From a virus: a stretch of DNA of 64,000 nucleotides. The position numbers were made by a program, and so were the translations under genes. Where the stretch lies: positions 51,704-115,703 of the IMG/VR virus record IMGVR_UViG_3300034024_000020. One strand, 5' to 3'. Below the pieces are notes generated by a model, which worked only from the letters and a program-made list of their open reading frames with translations, did not search any database and was not told the origin of the DNA. Positions 29,321 to 40,404 of the stretch are shown here, in pieces (the stretch's first letter is position 1; every line of letters starts with the position of its first letter).

Positions 29321-31338
29321 TAATCTTGCACTACTTTATGTCTGATCCAATAATACTTAGTTACTCGATCTAGAGCATTTCCTGTATATACGTCGATATA
29401 CGAATTTTCTGGAGGCGTGACAGTACCTATCATAGTAGCTGTTAAGAACGTAGCTCCTAAGCCGCTTCCACTTGTGAACGTAAGAGGCGCACCACCTCTT
29501 GTTTCTGAAAGTTTAAAGGTTGTCGCTGTGGGTACAGAGACTACAAAGTATGTTTTGCTGTGCTCTAGTCTATTGTAGGCCCATTCACTCGTAACCGTAT
29601 CATTGAGAGCCAAACCATGAGCAACAGTACTAGTTAAAGTGTCACCTGCAATAGTATTGACTGTAATACGTAAAAGATTGTTAGTAGAAGAGAAAACCTC
29701 TGTAGTTACTAGGGTGGCATTAGCGTGCGTACTATTTGTCCAACTTAATTCTATACCAGAAATATTTTCATTGTTACTGCTGATGTTAGACGCAACTAAT
29801 CCATAAGGGCTGTTAGGCGTAGTATTGTTTGCATCTCCAGAAGTACTAGTAGCAGGAGGTCGACTTATGTTACTGATAACATAAAAGCTATCATCATATT
29901 CTTTTGCTACAATATCTACTGTGCAATCTTCGTTATGCTGAAGATTTTCGATACGGAATTTCTTATTGCTCCAACCGTATCTGGAATATTGAAGTTGAAT
30001 AACCTTACCTGCTTGCAACAACACTCCTCTAGGAATGAGATTCATACTTACAGTGAGCCCATATCTAGAACGATTTAGATATCTGTCTGCTAAAATTCTG
30101 GCATTATAATAGTTAGTGATTCCCGGAATAGAAACATTCCCCTTCTTGGGCACATTTCTATCAGCTTTGAGATAATCTGAATTAAAGAAACTAATGTTTC
30201 TAGCTTCAAACTTATTTGCAGGATCAGCAAAACTTACTGTTAGTGAATTATAGGCCCCTCTAACACCTTCATCATTAAGTCGAATCTTACCGATAATATG
30301 ATCGGCAGTAATATTGCGAGGTTCACTCTTAGAATTAGCTATTTCTCCCTCAGCTTGCTCAATTTCTAATACGTACTTATCACCACTATAACGAAGAATT
30401 CCGCTGCAATGATCTAATATGCTGTTCATATTATCGAACAATGGAAGTGATGTATCAATAGTAATATTAGTCTGGTGTCGGGTTACATATCTCTGTTCTT
30501 GCGCGTCCCAACCAAGATGTCTCCAATAATCTACACCGTCGGAGTCATATAGGGTGTACCCTGATACATAATTTCCATTCTTTTCGTATCTGATAGGATT
30601 ACCGTCAACTACTAAGGTTAGAGTCGCCGCTCCATCAATTCTAGTTATAAATACTGTACTAGTACCTCTATAACTAAGACTTCCTACTGTTCCTGAAGAG
30701 TGGATAGGTTTAGTAGTTACTACTCCACCTGTAGATATGTATAGACGGTTATCTTCATAAACTAACTCTCCGGAAACGAAATTTCTCCAGTTGTTCCATT
30801 TACGAGTAAGTTTTCCAATGTTATTGGTCATTCTTACGAATGAGCCATCAACCTCAGCTACGGTACCCTGCCATATCAAAGTACCAGAAGCGGGCCATCT
30901 AAATACCTGGCCTACTGAGGCAATCCCTGATGTAACTTTAATCCAAATATCTGATGGAGTATCGCAAATTCTTCCTGCTTCTAACCAAGTATCCAGCTTA
31001 AGGTCTTTGGTGGGACTCAACCCTCTTCCATACCTGTCTGAAGTGATGTAATCCATAGCTTGCATAGCTGTGTTAATACTAACACGACTATCAGGGTACA
31101 TAGGTACAATTTCATACGTATCTCCAGTACCTGGAATGAAATCTTCATCCCAGATACTGTCGATAGTAATTACTTTGTTGGTTGCGTCATAAGCAATAAT
31201 TTCCCTATCCTGTACAAACTCTCGGCCTGTAACAGTGTCTAGTCTTTTGACGACTATTCTGTAACCAGTGTAATACTCATTAACACCGCTAGCTGTTGCT
31301 GCGAGTTTCATAGTATTACGGGAAACTAGGGTACTCAT
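29320..31338 (-). CDS. baseplate hub / central fibre (pb3- or J-like), C-terminal half
   Basis: MDYITSDRYGRGL, YNSLTVSFADP, C-terminal FNIII-like domain. Confidence 0.8.
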   Translation of the reverse strand: MSTLVSRNTMKLAATASGVNEYYTGYRIVVKRLDTVTGREFVQDREIIAYDATNKVITIDSIWDEDFIPGTGDTYEIVPMYPDSRVSINTAMQAMDYITSDRYGRGLSPTKDLKLDTWLEAGRICDTPSDIWIKVTSGIASVGQVFRWPASGTLIWQGTVAEVDGSFVRMTNNIGKLTRKWNNWRNFVSGELVYEDNRLYISTGGVVTTKPIHSSGTVGSLSYRGTSTVFITRIDGAATLTLVVDGNPIRYEKNGNYVSGYTLYDSDGVDYWRHLGWDAQEQRYVTRHQTNITIDTSLPLFDNMNSILDHCSGILRYSGDKYVLEIEQAEGEIANSKSEPRNITADHIIGKIRLNDEGVRGAYNSLTVSFADPANKFEARNISFFNSDYLKADRNVPKKGNVSIPGITNYYNARILADRYLNRSRYGLTVSMNLIPRGVLLQAGKVIQLQYSRYGWSNKKFRIENLQHNEDCTVDIVAKEYDDSFYVISNISRPPATSTSGDANNTTPNSPYGLVASNISSNNENISGIELSWTNSTHANATLVTTEVFSSTNNLLRITVNTIAGDTLTSTVAHGLALNDTVTSEWAYNRLEHSKTYFVVSVPTATTFKLSETRGGAPLTFTSGSGLGATFLTATMIGTVTPPENSYIDVYTGNALDRVTKYYWIRHKVVQD

Positions 31339-33713
31339 GGTAGGTTTTCTCCAAAGGAAATATGTCTATAGTTGTATCCAGTCGCTAAACCAGTTCCAGA
31401 AACAGTACCAGAAAGTAGAGCTCCTCCATAAGCAATAGTTCCATCTGGCTTGTAAGCTGAATATAGAGGGGATGATTGTGAAGGATCTTTACCAACTGCG
31501 ACAATAGGAGTTGAGGCGTAACTAATAGATAGAAGACCAGCGTTATCAGTAGTTGAACTGATAGTGGTTTGAATAGTTGATGGGACCACACCACTATGTT
31601 CTACATAATTGAACGTAGTCATAGTCCACGTAGAGGCACCCTTAACCATTCTAAATCTAGTTATAGAAGGTACACCATCCACATAACTCAATGCAGGTGG
31701 TACACTAAATCTAAACCTAGTTTCTGTCTGGCCGTTAGCGTCTATAAAGCTCCACTTATCAACAATTTGTACGCCTGTGTTTAATACGGCACTATTAGCT
31801 GTATTAACTAGATTAACAGTGTCCCCTAATAAGAAGTTATCTGCGTTTTCTGAAACCTTAGGATCATGTGCATAGCTATAATCATAGTTATAGCAATCAA
31901 TAATCTTACAACGAAGAATGAACTCCAGCTCAGGAATGGTTGTCTCACCTTCCTTAATCTTATATTTAGCTACAATGTAAGCTGTGTCAAGCAGCCTATG
32001 ATTAGGACCCCAATATTCAGAGCTATCGCTGCCCATCCAGAAATCATTCTGGACCTTAAATCCGTTATTTTTAGCTATAGATACTAACTGGGAAGCCGCC
32101 TTTTGACCTTCTTTACCAGAAAAGAAGTCGATAGTCATTTCTTGCGGATCTTGCATGGAAATGCTTTCACCGTTAATAATACCTTTACCGATGCTACTGT
32201 AACTAGCATTCTCTATAGAAGGAGCTATATAAGGCTGATATTTGGTAAGACTATTTTTATTGAATACTAGAGAAAAGACTTCTTTAGCTGTTGGTGTATC
32301 GTAATAATCTACCGAAGCTGTAGGGATAGCGACAGATGTATTGCCCCCTAGAACGTCTCCTCTATCGGCTCTTCCTCGACAAACTACATCAATAGTATTG
32401 TCAGGAGTTTGTTTACTTCTAGCATCAAAATCTGTCTTATCATTGCAGATTAAGGATTTTCCATTGATGTACATATCATATATGCCACCAATTTCTCCCT
32501 CACAGAGTGCATAAGCAACGTAGACTTCGCTGCTGTCATTCTTCAAAGTATCGGCAAAAACAGGAATACCTACTGTTGTACGTACTCCATACATAACTGG
32601 AATAGATTTGGCGCTAAGCTGAAAATCTAAATCTGTATGTCTATCTTCTGGTTCAAGATACTTCTTAACCTTGACTTTTGCGCCGATACCAAAGAATCCC
32701 TTCTTTGCTTTGATTCGTTGCTTTTCAACTTGCACAACATATGTTGAAAGCAAGTTGATTGAAGTCTCTGAGTGAATAAAGCCTTTGTCATATGCGTAAA
32801 TAGGTTTAATAGCAGAAGCAGGCTGAGGGATGCCATTCTCATCTAGGGCTCTGTGGAAATCATCAGATGTGATTCTTCCTCGCACCTGTGAGAAATCACC
32901 CCAGTGACTAGTAAGACCCCAGGTAACAACGATACCGTTATCATCGTCCTCGAATCCTACATTGCTAATAATGCCCTTAAATAGGAGAATAGGTGCACCT
33001 ATTGTAAGTCCATCCTTTTGATAAACTCTGTAAATAAATACTTCTCGATTGATGAAGGAAGCATAATCATTCTCACTCTTATTCATGAGAATGGATTTAA
33101 CTTCTTCCGAAGCTAAACGGAATCCAATAGTACCAGAATTAATAGGTAGATCAACATCAATCTTTCTGATACGAATTGTATTATTCGCTCTGAAATTTAC
33201 GATATTAAAATCACCTGATCTGGAACCCGTAAAAGTGATCTTGTCACCTTCTCTAAAACCTAGAGCTACAGGATCGACATTTGAATCACTGATAGATATA
33301 TCATATTCTGTGGCTGATACAGCTACAATGTCCATAAGCTGAGGACCGATTTCAGCGCCCAGACCATTTCCATCTACCGTTATAGTAAAGTTACTGGCCT
33401 TAGCTTCGGTAGATTCAGATACGCCTGAAATCTTTAGAATTTTGTTAGCAAGATACTTCTGTGTACCATTAGCGGCCCCCTGCAAATTCTTGCTTCCATC
33501 GTCGTAATCTATATCTCTACTTGCGTCTGTTAGATACGTATATCTAACAGCGGAAGTAGAAACTTTACCAGAAACTTTATCTGGACGGGATGGACGCTCA
33601 AACTTAATAAGATGTGCAAACTCTAAAGGTTCGTTGGTGTCGCCTTCGAACCCTGGTGAGCCCCCCATAAGGAGACTTCTTAAATCTGAATGTACATATC
33701 TTTCTTGAGTCAT
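31335..33713 (-). CDS. baseplate hub (pb3-like), N-terminal half
   Basis: FINREVFIYR, SHWGDF, IPVMYG..G..VF..YALCEGEI; follows Dit. Confidence 0.8.
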   Translation of the reverse strand: MTQERYVHSDLRSLLMGGSPGFEGDTNEPLEFAHLIKFERPSRPDKVSGKVSTSAVRYTYLTDASRDIDYDDGSKNLQGAANGTQKYLANKILKISGVSESTEAKASNFTITVDGNGLGAEIGPQLMDIVAVSATEYDISISDSNVDPVALGFREGDKITFTGSRSGDFNIVNFRANNTIRIRKIDVDLPINSGTIGFRLASEEVKSILMNKSENDYASFINREVFIYRVYQKDGLTIGAPILLFKGIISNVGFEDDDNGIVVTWGLTSHWGDFSQVRGRITSDDFHRALDENGIPQPASAIKPIYAYDKGFIHSETSINLLSTYVVQVEKQRIKAKKGFFGIGAKVKVKKYLEPEDRHTDLDFQLSAKSIPVMYGVRTTVGIPVFADTLKNDSSEVYVAYALCEGEIGGIYDMYINGKSLICNDKTDFDARSKQTPDNTIDVVCRGRADRGDVLGGNTSVAIPTASVDYYDTPTAKEVFSLVFNKNSLTKYQPYIAPSIENASYSSIGKGIINGESISMQDPQEMTIDFFSGKEGQKAASQLVSIAKNNGFKVQNDFWMGSDSSEYWGPNHRLLDTAYIVAKYKIKEGETTIPELEFILRCKIIDCYNYDYSYAHDPKVSENADNFLLGDTVNLVNTANSAVLNTGVQIVDKWSFIDANGQTETRFRFSVPPALSYVDGVPSITRFRMVKGASTWTMTTFNYVEHSGVVPSTIQTTISSTTDNAGLLSISYASTPIVAVGKDPSQSSPLYSAYKPDGTIAYGGALLSGTVSGTGLATGYNYRHISFGENLP

Positions 33714-34447
33714 TATGGGAGAATTTCCTCTAATTGTAATCCGAACTGAAATAGGTTATCAGTATTAAGGTCGTGTTCTATAACATCGCCTTTCTGTATT
33801 ACTCTAAACTTGGGGTCAACGAAATTGATTACTGCACCCGCATTTACAAATCTAGTAAGTTGAGGGTTAAGATGCAATCTAACTTGATTAGTGGCTGGTT
33901 GCGTTTTACCGGCCTGATATAACGCATTAGTCTCTACAAACAGAATCTTATACGCTTTAAGGTGATTGATATCGGCAGCATCCGTAATGGTGATGAAATC
34001 ACCTGGACGGGGATAGGAAGAGAATGCTACGCTAGTTCCTACCATTAAAGTAGGAGAACCCGCAGCAGTTGCACTTGACGCCGTAAAAGTCTTTCCAGTA
34101 ACAAAAGTTGAAAACAAACTAGATTTAGGTCTAGAGTATTGTGGCAATACCACAAAAAACGGGTATCTACGACCTTTTCTAGATTGCAGGAAAGTATCTA
34201 CAACGTCAAATTCATCTCTGAGCATAGGGTTATAAGTAATTGATATTTCCCAGTTATGAGCACCGTCAGTTACATGTACACCCCTATTGCTTTTGGTACG
34301 AGATACTTGATTGTCCTCTTTAGAGGTTAACTTAACGCTAGCGAAGCCGGGGCCGCGGGTACCTGTAGTGGCATCTACGACCCCTGCATCGTTTACTATA
34401 AACGTAGGGTCCGGAAGACGGTTGTTAAAAGTTGTAAATGTTGCCAT
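33713..34447 (-). CDS. distal tail protein (Dit, T5 pb9-like)
   Basis: Follows the tape measure gene; GPGFASV, W.I.I.YNPM, F.VVLPQY. Confidence 0.8.
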   Translation of the reverse strand: MATFTTFNNRLPDPTFIVNDAGVVDATTGTRGPGFASVKLTSKEDNQVSRTKSNRGVHVTDGAHNWEISITYNPMLRDEFDVVDTFLQSRKGRRYPFFVVLPQYSRPKSSLFSTFVTGKTFTASSATAAGSPTLMVGTSVAFSSYPRPGDFITITDAADINHLKAYKILFVETNALYQAGKTQPATNQVRLHLNPQLTRFVNAGAVINFVDPKFRVIQKGDVIEHDLNTDNLFQFGLQLEEILP

Positions 34448-37400
34448 TATATTCTTCTCGCTCCAGTCTTCTTATTCGGACTGTTATAAACATTTACGTT
34501 TACGTCCTCTAGGAATGTTTTTCCGTTTGCATTTGCTGCTTCTCGGAACATTCCAATTAGATTTCCTCTCTGCTCGTAAAGCAAGTCTTCGACACCCCTT
34601 GCATCCAACGCATGAATGTTGAAATTGACTGGGGGTAGTGCCCCACCCTTTTCATTATCATTCATAGGTCGAACGGACATTGGAATACCGGGCTCAATGA
34701 TCTCAGGTCCCTTCTCACCCACTGCGAAGCCAACGTTTCCATAGCCTCGTGGGAGTGATCCGCCATAGGCCGAACCTACGACAGAAAAGTTACCAGAATT
34801 TGAACCCTGACCACGGGCGCCACGAAGATAACCAAGCTCACCGCCGACATTTTTATTATGACGTGCAACATCTACGCTGTCACCTCTCTTACCAATAGTA
34901 AGAGTTGACGGAGTAGCCGCAGCAGCAGCATTAGGAGCACTAGTGCTTTGATAGCTTGTTCCTGCGATAATTGCAAGTTGAGCCGCACCCATTGCACCTG
35001 AAATACCAGCCATAATATAGCTAAGTGGTGGTGGAAGATTAGCTAGAGCCTGAGTGACAGCAGCCGCTGTATTGATGATGGCATTACCCATCTGGAGCTT
35101 CTTGTTAAGGTTGAATGCCTTGCGGGCAATCTGATCCTTTCTCTTTTCAAGAGATTCTAGCTTTGCCTGACTTTCGGCAGACTTACCATCCCTTCTTTGC
35201 TCCGCATTAATCTCACGATCAATGGCTTCAATTCTAGCATCGGCATTAGCACTGACGATAGAAGATATCATAGAGATTACAGAACTAACCACAGACAGTC
35301 CAGCCATGATTTTATCGCTCATAGCTACATTGTCATCACTAATCTTCTTGAATGCGGTTTCACCGACGCTAGCGATGGTTCCCATTCCTTCGGAGAAGGC
35401 GGCAACTACTTCGCCCTGTGGTCCAAGTTTTCTGAGCTCTTCTACAGTACTGGCAATACCTATTCTTACAATATCAATGCTTTCACGAACATTTGGCTTA
35501 ACTGGCTGAATAAGACCAAGATCCGGAAGACTATTAAGTAGTCCACCAACATCTGATTTAGCACCAGACAATGCCGCGCCCTTCAGTACTACTTCGGGTG
35601 CTGGAGGAATTTCATTATCATTAGCAGCAGCTCGTATAGCTGAAACAACTACTTCAGTTTGCTGCTCCGTAGCTGCCACAACAGTAGCTGCTTGTGCAAC
35701 ACCCGCAGTAACCAACTTGTTGGCTTCTGCAATTCGTCGGTCAGTATGCAATCCGGCGGATTGCTCATATTTACGATCAATAACGGTAGCTGCGTCACCT
35801 ACGTTTCTAGTGCCCTTTAGAGCTGTTAGTGCACCCCCATATCCATCCTTAAGTTCCTTAACGATGAATCTAAGCTGCTCTTCGAAAGTTGATCCGATAA
35901 TGCTCTTACCATAAGCAGCCATAAACTTAGCTTGTCTCTCTGGGTGCCACTGTGCAAGACCGTAAGCCTTACCTCCGTCACCTCGAGGACCATTTTCCTG
36001 AAGTCTGCTTTCAACCTGTAAGTTACCTACAATACCTGCAGCTTGTTCTGCCGTTAGACCAAGTTGGGCCATGAAGTAATCCATAGCCTGTTTTGCACGA
36101 CCTGAAGCATTTACTGCTCCCGATCCTTGTGCAGAATTATTTACTAGGGTTCTTACGTCTGCTGCGATTTGACTAATGTTACTTTGAACACTTACCATTA
36201 CAGGTAGAATCTGCTTTAACTTGTCGTCAACAGCGGGTACTTCTATTGATACCTTGTTGTCATTAAATTCAGCAGTTACCTTAGGTGATGCATCAGAACT
36301 TAACGCACCTGGTTGTGATATAGCTCTACCGGCACGCTGTGCTTGCTGGTTTCTAAGAGCGCCGCTGTATTCTGAAGCTAGTTTCTGGAATCCAGTAAGA
36401 ACTTCATTTTGAGTGGTTGATGCAGATTGAATTTCAAGTCTCATAGTTTCAAGGTTTTCTCTAAGAATACCTTTAGCCATATCTCGAAGACTGTTAATGT
36501 TGGACGCATCATCCAAAGCTGTAATAGCTGAGGTTAATTGTCTGATCTGAACACTATCTTCACCTAGTTTAGTAGTGGCCATGAGCCAGTATTTTCTAGC
36601 GTCTAATTCTTCTCGTAGAGCTATTCTCTGTGCATCTAGAAGGGCATATTCGAGGTCAATCATTGACTCTCGCAATGCTACCTCTTTAACAGCCATATTA
36701 TAAGCTTGCATCTGGTTCTCAAGCTGATGTGCAGCGTTGAGCGATTCTGATGAAGCTATATCTCTGCGCTGGAGGCTGTTCTTTTCACGAATCTGTGCGT
36801 TCTTTAACTGCACAATTTGCAATTCGCGTACTAGATCAACTTCCTTTTCTCTATACGCTAGAGCTTCTTTCTGCCAGTCTAGTCCCTCTCTTCTAGTATC
36901 AAATACTACCTTCTCAAGAGTAGATAGTAATTGAGTACGATCTAGGAGAAGTTCCTGAAGCTCAAGAATACGTCCTCTTGATACAATTTCAGCATCAAGA
37001 TTTCTTAACTCTATCTTAGCTCCTTCTGCGGATTCACCAATACTTTCTGCTCGATTCTTATCTGATTCATGAACAGCGCGTCTAAACTTAATTTCTTCTA
37101 GACGGTTTGTGTGTTCTACACGTAATTTGTCCTTTTGCTCCTGAGTTCCTCTCTGAAGCAATTCAATTTCAGTACTTAGGTCTTCAACACTACCCTCAGA
37201 AATCTTTCTAAGCTTTATCTGAATGTTGGAAATAGCGTTAAGGGCTTCTGCTTGCTCACGTAGAAGGTCTACGTACTTCTGAGTTACCTCATAGTCTTTT
37301 TGCATAGCGCGTGCTTCTTTTTGTGCACGATCCAAATTAGCTGCAAGAATAGCGCTAACCTCATTTCTAAGATTAGTGATAGAAGCTCTACCAGCATCTG

Positions 37401-40400
37401 AAGCCATCTTAATCTCGTCGAGATTAAGTTGAATTTGCTCCATACCTAGTTTGTAGCTAGGATCTTCTAGTACTTCTGTGAAGCTGATTAGACTGCTTTG
37501 TAGCTGATCCAATCTCTCCTTATTCTTCTCTTCTCTTGCTTTTTCAATTTGATAAGCTCTACGATCGGCTGCTGCCTGCATAGTCTTCAAGAATAGAGTT
37601 GCTTTTTCAATCTCTACTTGCTTTAGCTTAGACTCATTTTGAGCAATGATGTTCTCATGCAGCGTAATTTCTAGGTTTAGACGCTGTACCTGTAGGTCGC
37701 GCGCCTTCTCCTCCTGAGCATATTGCTCAAGAAGCCCCTTTCCATTAAGAGCATAAATACCCTGAATAGTTGATAGCTGTGCCTGACGCAGTTTTAGTTG
37801 ACCCTCAAGAACACGTGACTGCTCCTGAAGTTGCTGAGTCATTTTTGCGCCATCAATTAGGCCTCGACGTACTGCTACTTCCATTTGAGAGGCAGCTGTT
37901 CGTCTTTCCTCATATGCACTTTTTAGTCTGTTGTTATCACCGGCGTCTCTTCTAGGACCTTTAATTTCTAGAGCTTTGATCTCTGTGTCAATCTTTCTGA
38001 ACTCGTTTACAGTTTCTCTAACATTCGGATTAAGAATGTTCTGAAGCTGTGAACCAATTCCTGAAAGTTGTCCTAGATAATCACGAGCATCGATGACTCC
38101 GTTACGGAAGTCTATATTTAGCTGACGTACGGCAAAGTTAGCTTGCTGAGTACCCTCAGCAAGTTGATCGAATGGAGTGCTCATAACGGATGATCTAATA
38201 AAATCAGCCGCTGCTCTATCAGCATTAACAAATGCTTCTTCAAGTCTAACTACACTCTTTTGAGCCTTGTCATGCTTTTCATCCATCTTGTCAATGACGT
38301 TGTTAGCATATTCAAGTCTCTTGGCATAATTAGCCGCCTTAATTTGTGCAGGACCCCCCATTTCGTCGACAAAGGTTTTGAAGCCTTTAGGGTCAAGTCT
38401 AGATAGAGCACTCAATTGTTGAATGAGTGCCTTACCTTCTTTGTCATCAGACTTTTGCATCATAGTGCCGAAGCTACCTAGTGCTAAGTCATCCGCTGGT
38501 AGTCCGGTTCTCTTACTAGCAGTGTAGTCACTGATATCATCTGGGTCCCTCTGAACTAGACGTGTCTTACCATTTACTTTCTTTTCGACCATATTACTGC
38601 GGAGATACTTTTCTCTAAAGCTAGTCTTATTTTCCAATTTCTCTGCATTAGCATCGGCCTCTAGCATAGCTTTACGGGCTTCTGCTAGAGTTCTGTACGC
38701 CCCTACAGTCTCCATGATAGCGTTACTTTGAACTTTAATAGCCGCAGAGGATCGTTGAGACGCAGAAGCCATAGAGTTTTGCACTCTATTATATTCTTCT
38801 ACGTACTCTCCGGTCTTCTGTAGAAGAGTGTTATACTCTTCTAGCTTCTTATTATATTCCTCTTGCGCGGGAGTTACCTTGTTGAACCAATTATATACCA
38901 GTCCACCCAAAGTAATGAAGATACCAATATACGGTAGGAAACGAAGGAAAGCTGCTGCGGCAAATTGTACAGAATTACCTACGGCGAAGATAGCCTTAGA
39001 CATGAAGCCTGTTGGTTTACCAGCCTTATCTGTAGTCTCGCCGAAGTCACTGATGCTGTCCTTGAGCTCTAGAAGACCTCCAAGTACACTTCCGCTACTT
39101 GCTTCTGCGATAGCGTTAGCAGCGCCCTCTTTAGCGGCTGCTCTACCAGATGCGCTTTGAAGTTCGTTTAGAGATGACTTAGCCTTAACAACTCGAGCGT
39201 AATCCTTATCGTAAAGCTTTTGGTCTCTACGAGAGTTACTAGGATCACTTCTGAGGAAGTCTGCGTCTTCTAGCTCCTGGTTAAGAGCAGCCTGAGCCTT
39301 AGCAAAGTCACGCATAGTGGCCTTACCCTTCTCAAACTTCTTAAATACAGTATTGTATGCAGGACCCAAATCGGTTCCTGCTTTAGCAGCTTTAGCGGAG
39401 GCAAGTGCCATTGCATGCATGCCTTCGGCAGCTTTCAACGCCTTACCGGAGATGTTACTCAATCCTGGAATAAGCTGACTAGAAATTGTGCTAGCTAGCA
39501 GAAGCATAAGGCCGACGAGACCAGTCTTAGATTCCGCAAAGAGTGCTGCTAGTGGCTTAGCAATTACATTAACCGCTCCGAAGATATCTTTTACAAGATC
39601 GGCAAAGGTAGCTGCTAGCTTATCGAAGGCGGTACTGTCTCCAGCAGCCTTTGATAGACCACCAAACTTAAGCTCACCTTCAGCAAGAACCGCATTCATG
39701 AAACCTTGACGCTTCTCGAATGAAGTAAGCTGACTCTCGCTCTTACCAATAGAACGAGCATAGTTTACGTTAGATTCTGTAAGCTTGGTCATAATACCAA
39801 GTTCGTCGAGAAGTTCGGGTTCAAGCTTAACGATACCACGAGTCAAACGATCCATGGAGTCTTGCATGTTACGACCTAGAGCGAAGGATACGTCCTTAGC
39901 TACTAGAGTCATTCTTTCTAGTTCTTTTGTCTTAAATCCGCCAGCCATGAACTGAGCAGTAGAACGCATTGCTTGCTCAGCACTAAGCATGTCGCCGCTC
40001 AATGCTTTAACTCGCATAGCAGTCATGTCTAATGCTCTACCGGTACGAGTACCAGCAGCTGTAAGTCCGTTAAGTACCTGCTCGACCTGAGCAGCACTTC
40101 TTAAAGCATTAAAAGCAGCAGTAACAGCGAAGATGTTAGCGGCTAGTGTAGCGTACGCACCAACGAGGCCACCGCCCCCACTACCAATAGTTTCTGCTAA
40201 CTTAGAGAAACTTTTGGTAGAGTTGGCGGTGCCAATTACACCCTTTGATTGTGTGCTGTGCAAGTCTCGCGCAGCTCTAGTAGCGTCACGATTAGCTGCT
40301 GCGTTATCTCGTAGACTGCGGCCGATGCCTTGGAGACCATCTTTGACCCCCTTAAGACCTCGACTACTAATATCTACGACATATTTGACTATACTGCCTG

Positions 40401-40404
40401 CCAT
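34447..40404 (-). CDS. tape measure protein (pb2-like) with phage tail lysozyme domain
   Basis: 1985 aa; GLVGAYATLAAN, KLEPELLDELGI; QAAGIVGNLQVES..GLAQW. Confidence 0.95.
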   Translation of the reverse strand: MAGSIVKYVVDISSRGLKGVKDGLQGIGRSLRDNAAANRDATRAARDLHSTQSKGVIGTANSTKSFSKLAETIGSGGGGLVGAYATLAANIFAVTAAFNALRSAAQVEQVLNGLTAAGTRTGRALDMTAMRVKALSGDMLSAEQAMRSTAQFMAGGFKTKELERMTLVAKDVSFALGRNMQDSMDRLTRGIVKLEPELLDELGIMTKLTESNVNYARSIGKSESQLTSFEKRQGFMNAVLAEGELKFGGLSKAAGDSTAFDKLAATFADLVKDIFGAVNVIAKPLAALFAESKTGLVGLMLLLASTISSQLIPGLSNISGKALKAAEGMHAMALASAKAAKAGTDLGPAYNTVFKKFEKGKATMRDFAKAQAALNQELEDADFLRSDPSNSRRDQKLYDKDYARVVKAKSSLNELQSASGRAAAKEGAANAIAEASSGSVLGGLLELKDSISDFGETTDKAGKPTGFMSKAIFAVGNSVQFAAAAFLRFLPYIGIFITLGGLVYNWFNKVTPAQEEYNKKLEEYNTLLQKTGEYVEEYNRVQNSMASASQRSSAAIKVQSNAIMETVGAYRTLAEARKAMLEADANAEKLENKTSFREKYLRSNMVEKKVNGKTRLVQRDPDDISDYTASKRTGLPADDLALGSFGTMMQKSDDKEGKALIQQLSALSRLDPKGFKTFVDEMGGPAQIKAANYAKRLEYANNVIDKMDEKHDKAQKSVVRLEEAFVNADRAAADFIRSSVMSTPFDQLAEGTQQANFAVRQLNIDFRNGVIDARDYLGQLSGIGSQLQNILNPNVRETVNEFRKIDTEIKALEIKGPRRDAGDNNRLKSAYEERRTAASQMEVAVRRGLIDGAKMTQQLQEQSRVLEGQLKLRQAQLSTIQGIYALNGKGLLEQYAQEEKARDLQVQRLNLEITLHENIIAQNESKLKQVEIEKATLFLKTMQAAADRRAYQIEKAREEKNKERLDQLQSSLISFTEVLEDPSYKLGMEQIQLNLDEIKMASDAGRASITNLRNEVSAILAANLDRAQKEARAMQKDYEVTQKYVDLLREQAEALNAISNIQIKLRKISEGSVEDLSTEIELLQRGTQEQKDKLRVEHTNRLEEIKFRRAVHESDKNRAESIGESAEGAKIELRNLDAEIVSRGRILELQELLLDRTQLLSTLEKVVFDTRREGLDWQKEALAYREKEVDLVRELQIVQLKNAQIREKNSLQRRDIASSESLNAAHQLENQMQAYNMAVKEVALRESMIDLEYALLDAQRIALREELDARKYWLMATTKLGEDSVQIRQLTSAITALDDASNINSLRDMAKGILRENLETMRLEIQSASTTQNEVLTGFQKLASEYSGALRNQQAQRAGRAISQPGALSSDASPKVTAEFNDNKVSIEVPAVDDKLKQILPVMVSVQSNISQIAADVRTLVNNSAQGSGAVNASGRAKQAMDYFMAQLGLTAEQAAGIVGNLQVESRLQENGPRGDGGKAYGLAQWHPERQAKFMAAYGKSIIGSTFEEQLRFIVKELKDGYGGALTALKGTRNVGDAATVIDRKYEQSAGLHTDRRIAEANKLVTAGVAQAATVVAATEQQTEVVVSAIRAAANDNEIPPAPEVVLKGAALSGAKSDVGGLLNSLPDLGLIQPVKPNVRESIDIVRIGIASTVEELRKLGPQGEVVAAFSEGMGTIASVGETAFKKISDDNVAMSDKIMAGLSVVSSVISMISSIVSANADARIEAIDREINAEQRRDGKSAESQAKLESLEKRKDQIARKAFNLNKKLQMGNAIINTAAAVTQALANLPPPLSYIMAGISGAMGAAQLAIIAGTSYQSTSAPNAAAAATPSTLTIGKRGDSVDVARHNKNVGGELGYLRGARGQGSNSGNFSVVGSAYGGSLPRGYGNVGFAVGEKGPEIIEPGIPMSVRPMNDNEKGGALPPVNFNIHALDARGVEDLLYEQRGNLIGMFREAANANGKTFLEDVNVNVYNSPNKKTGARRI

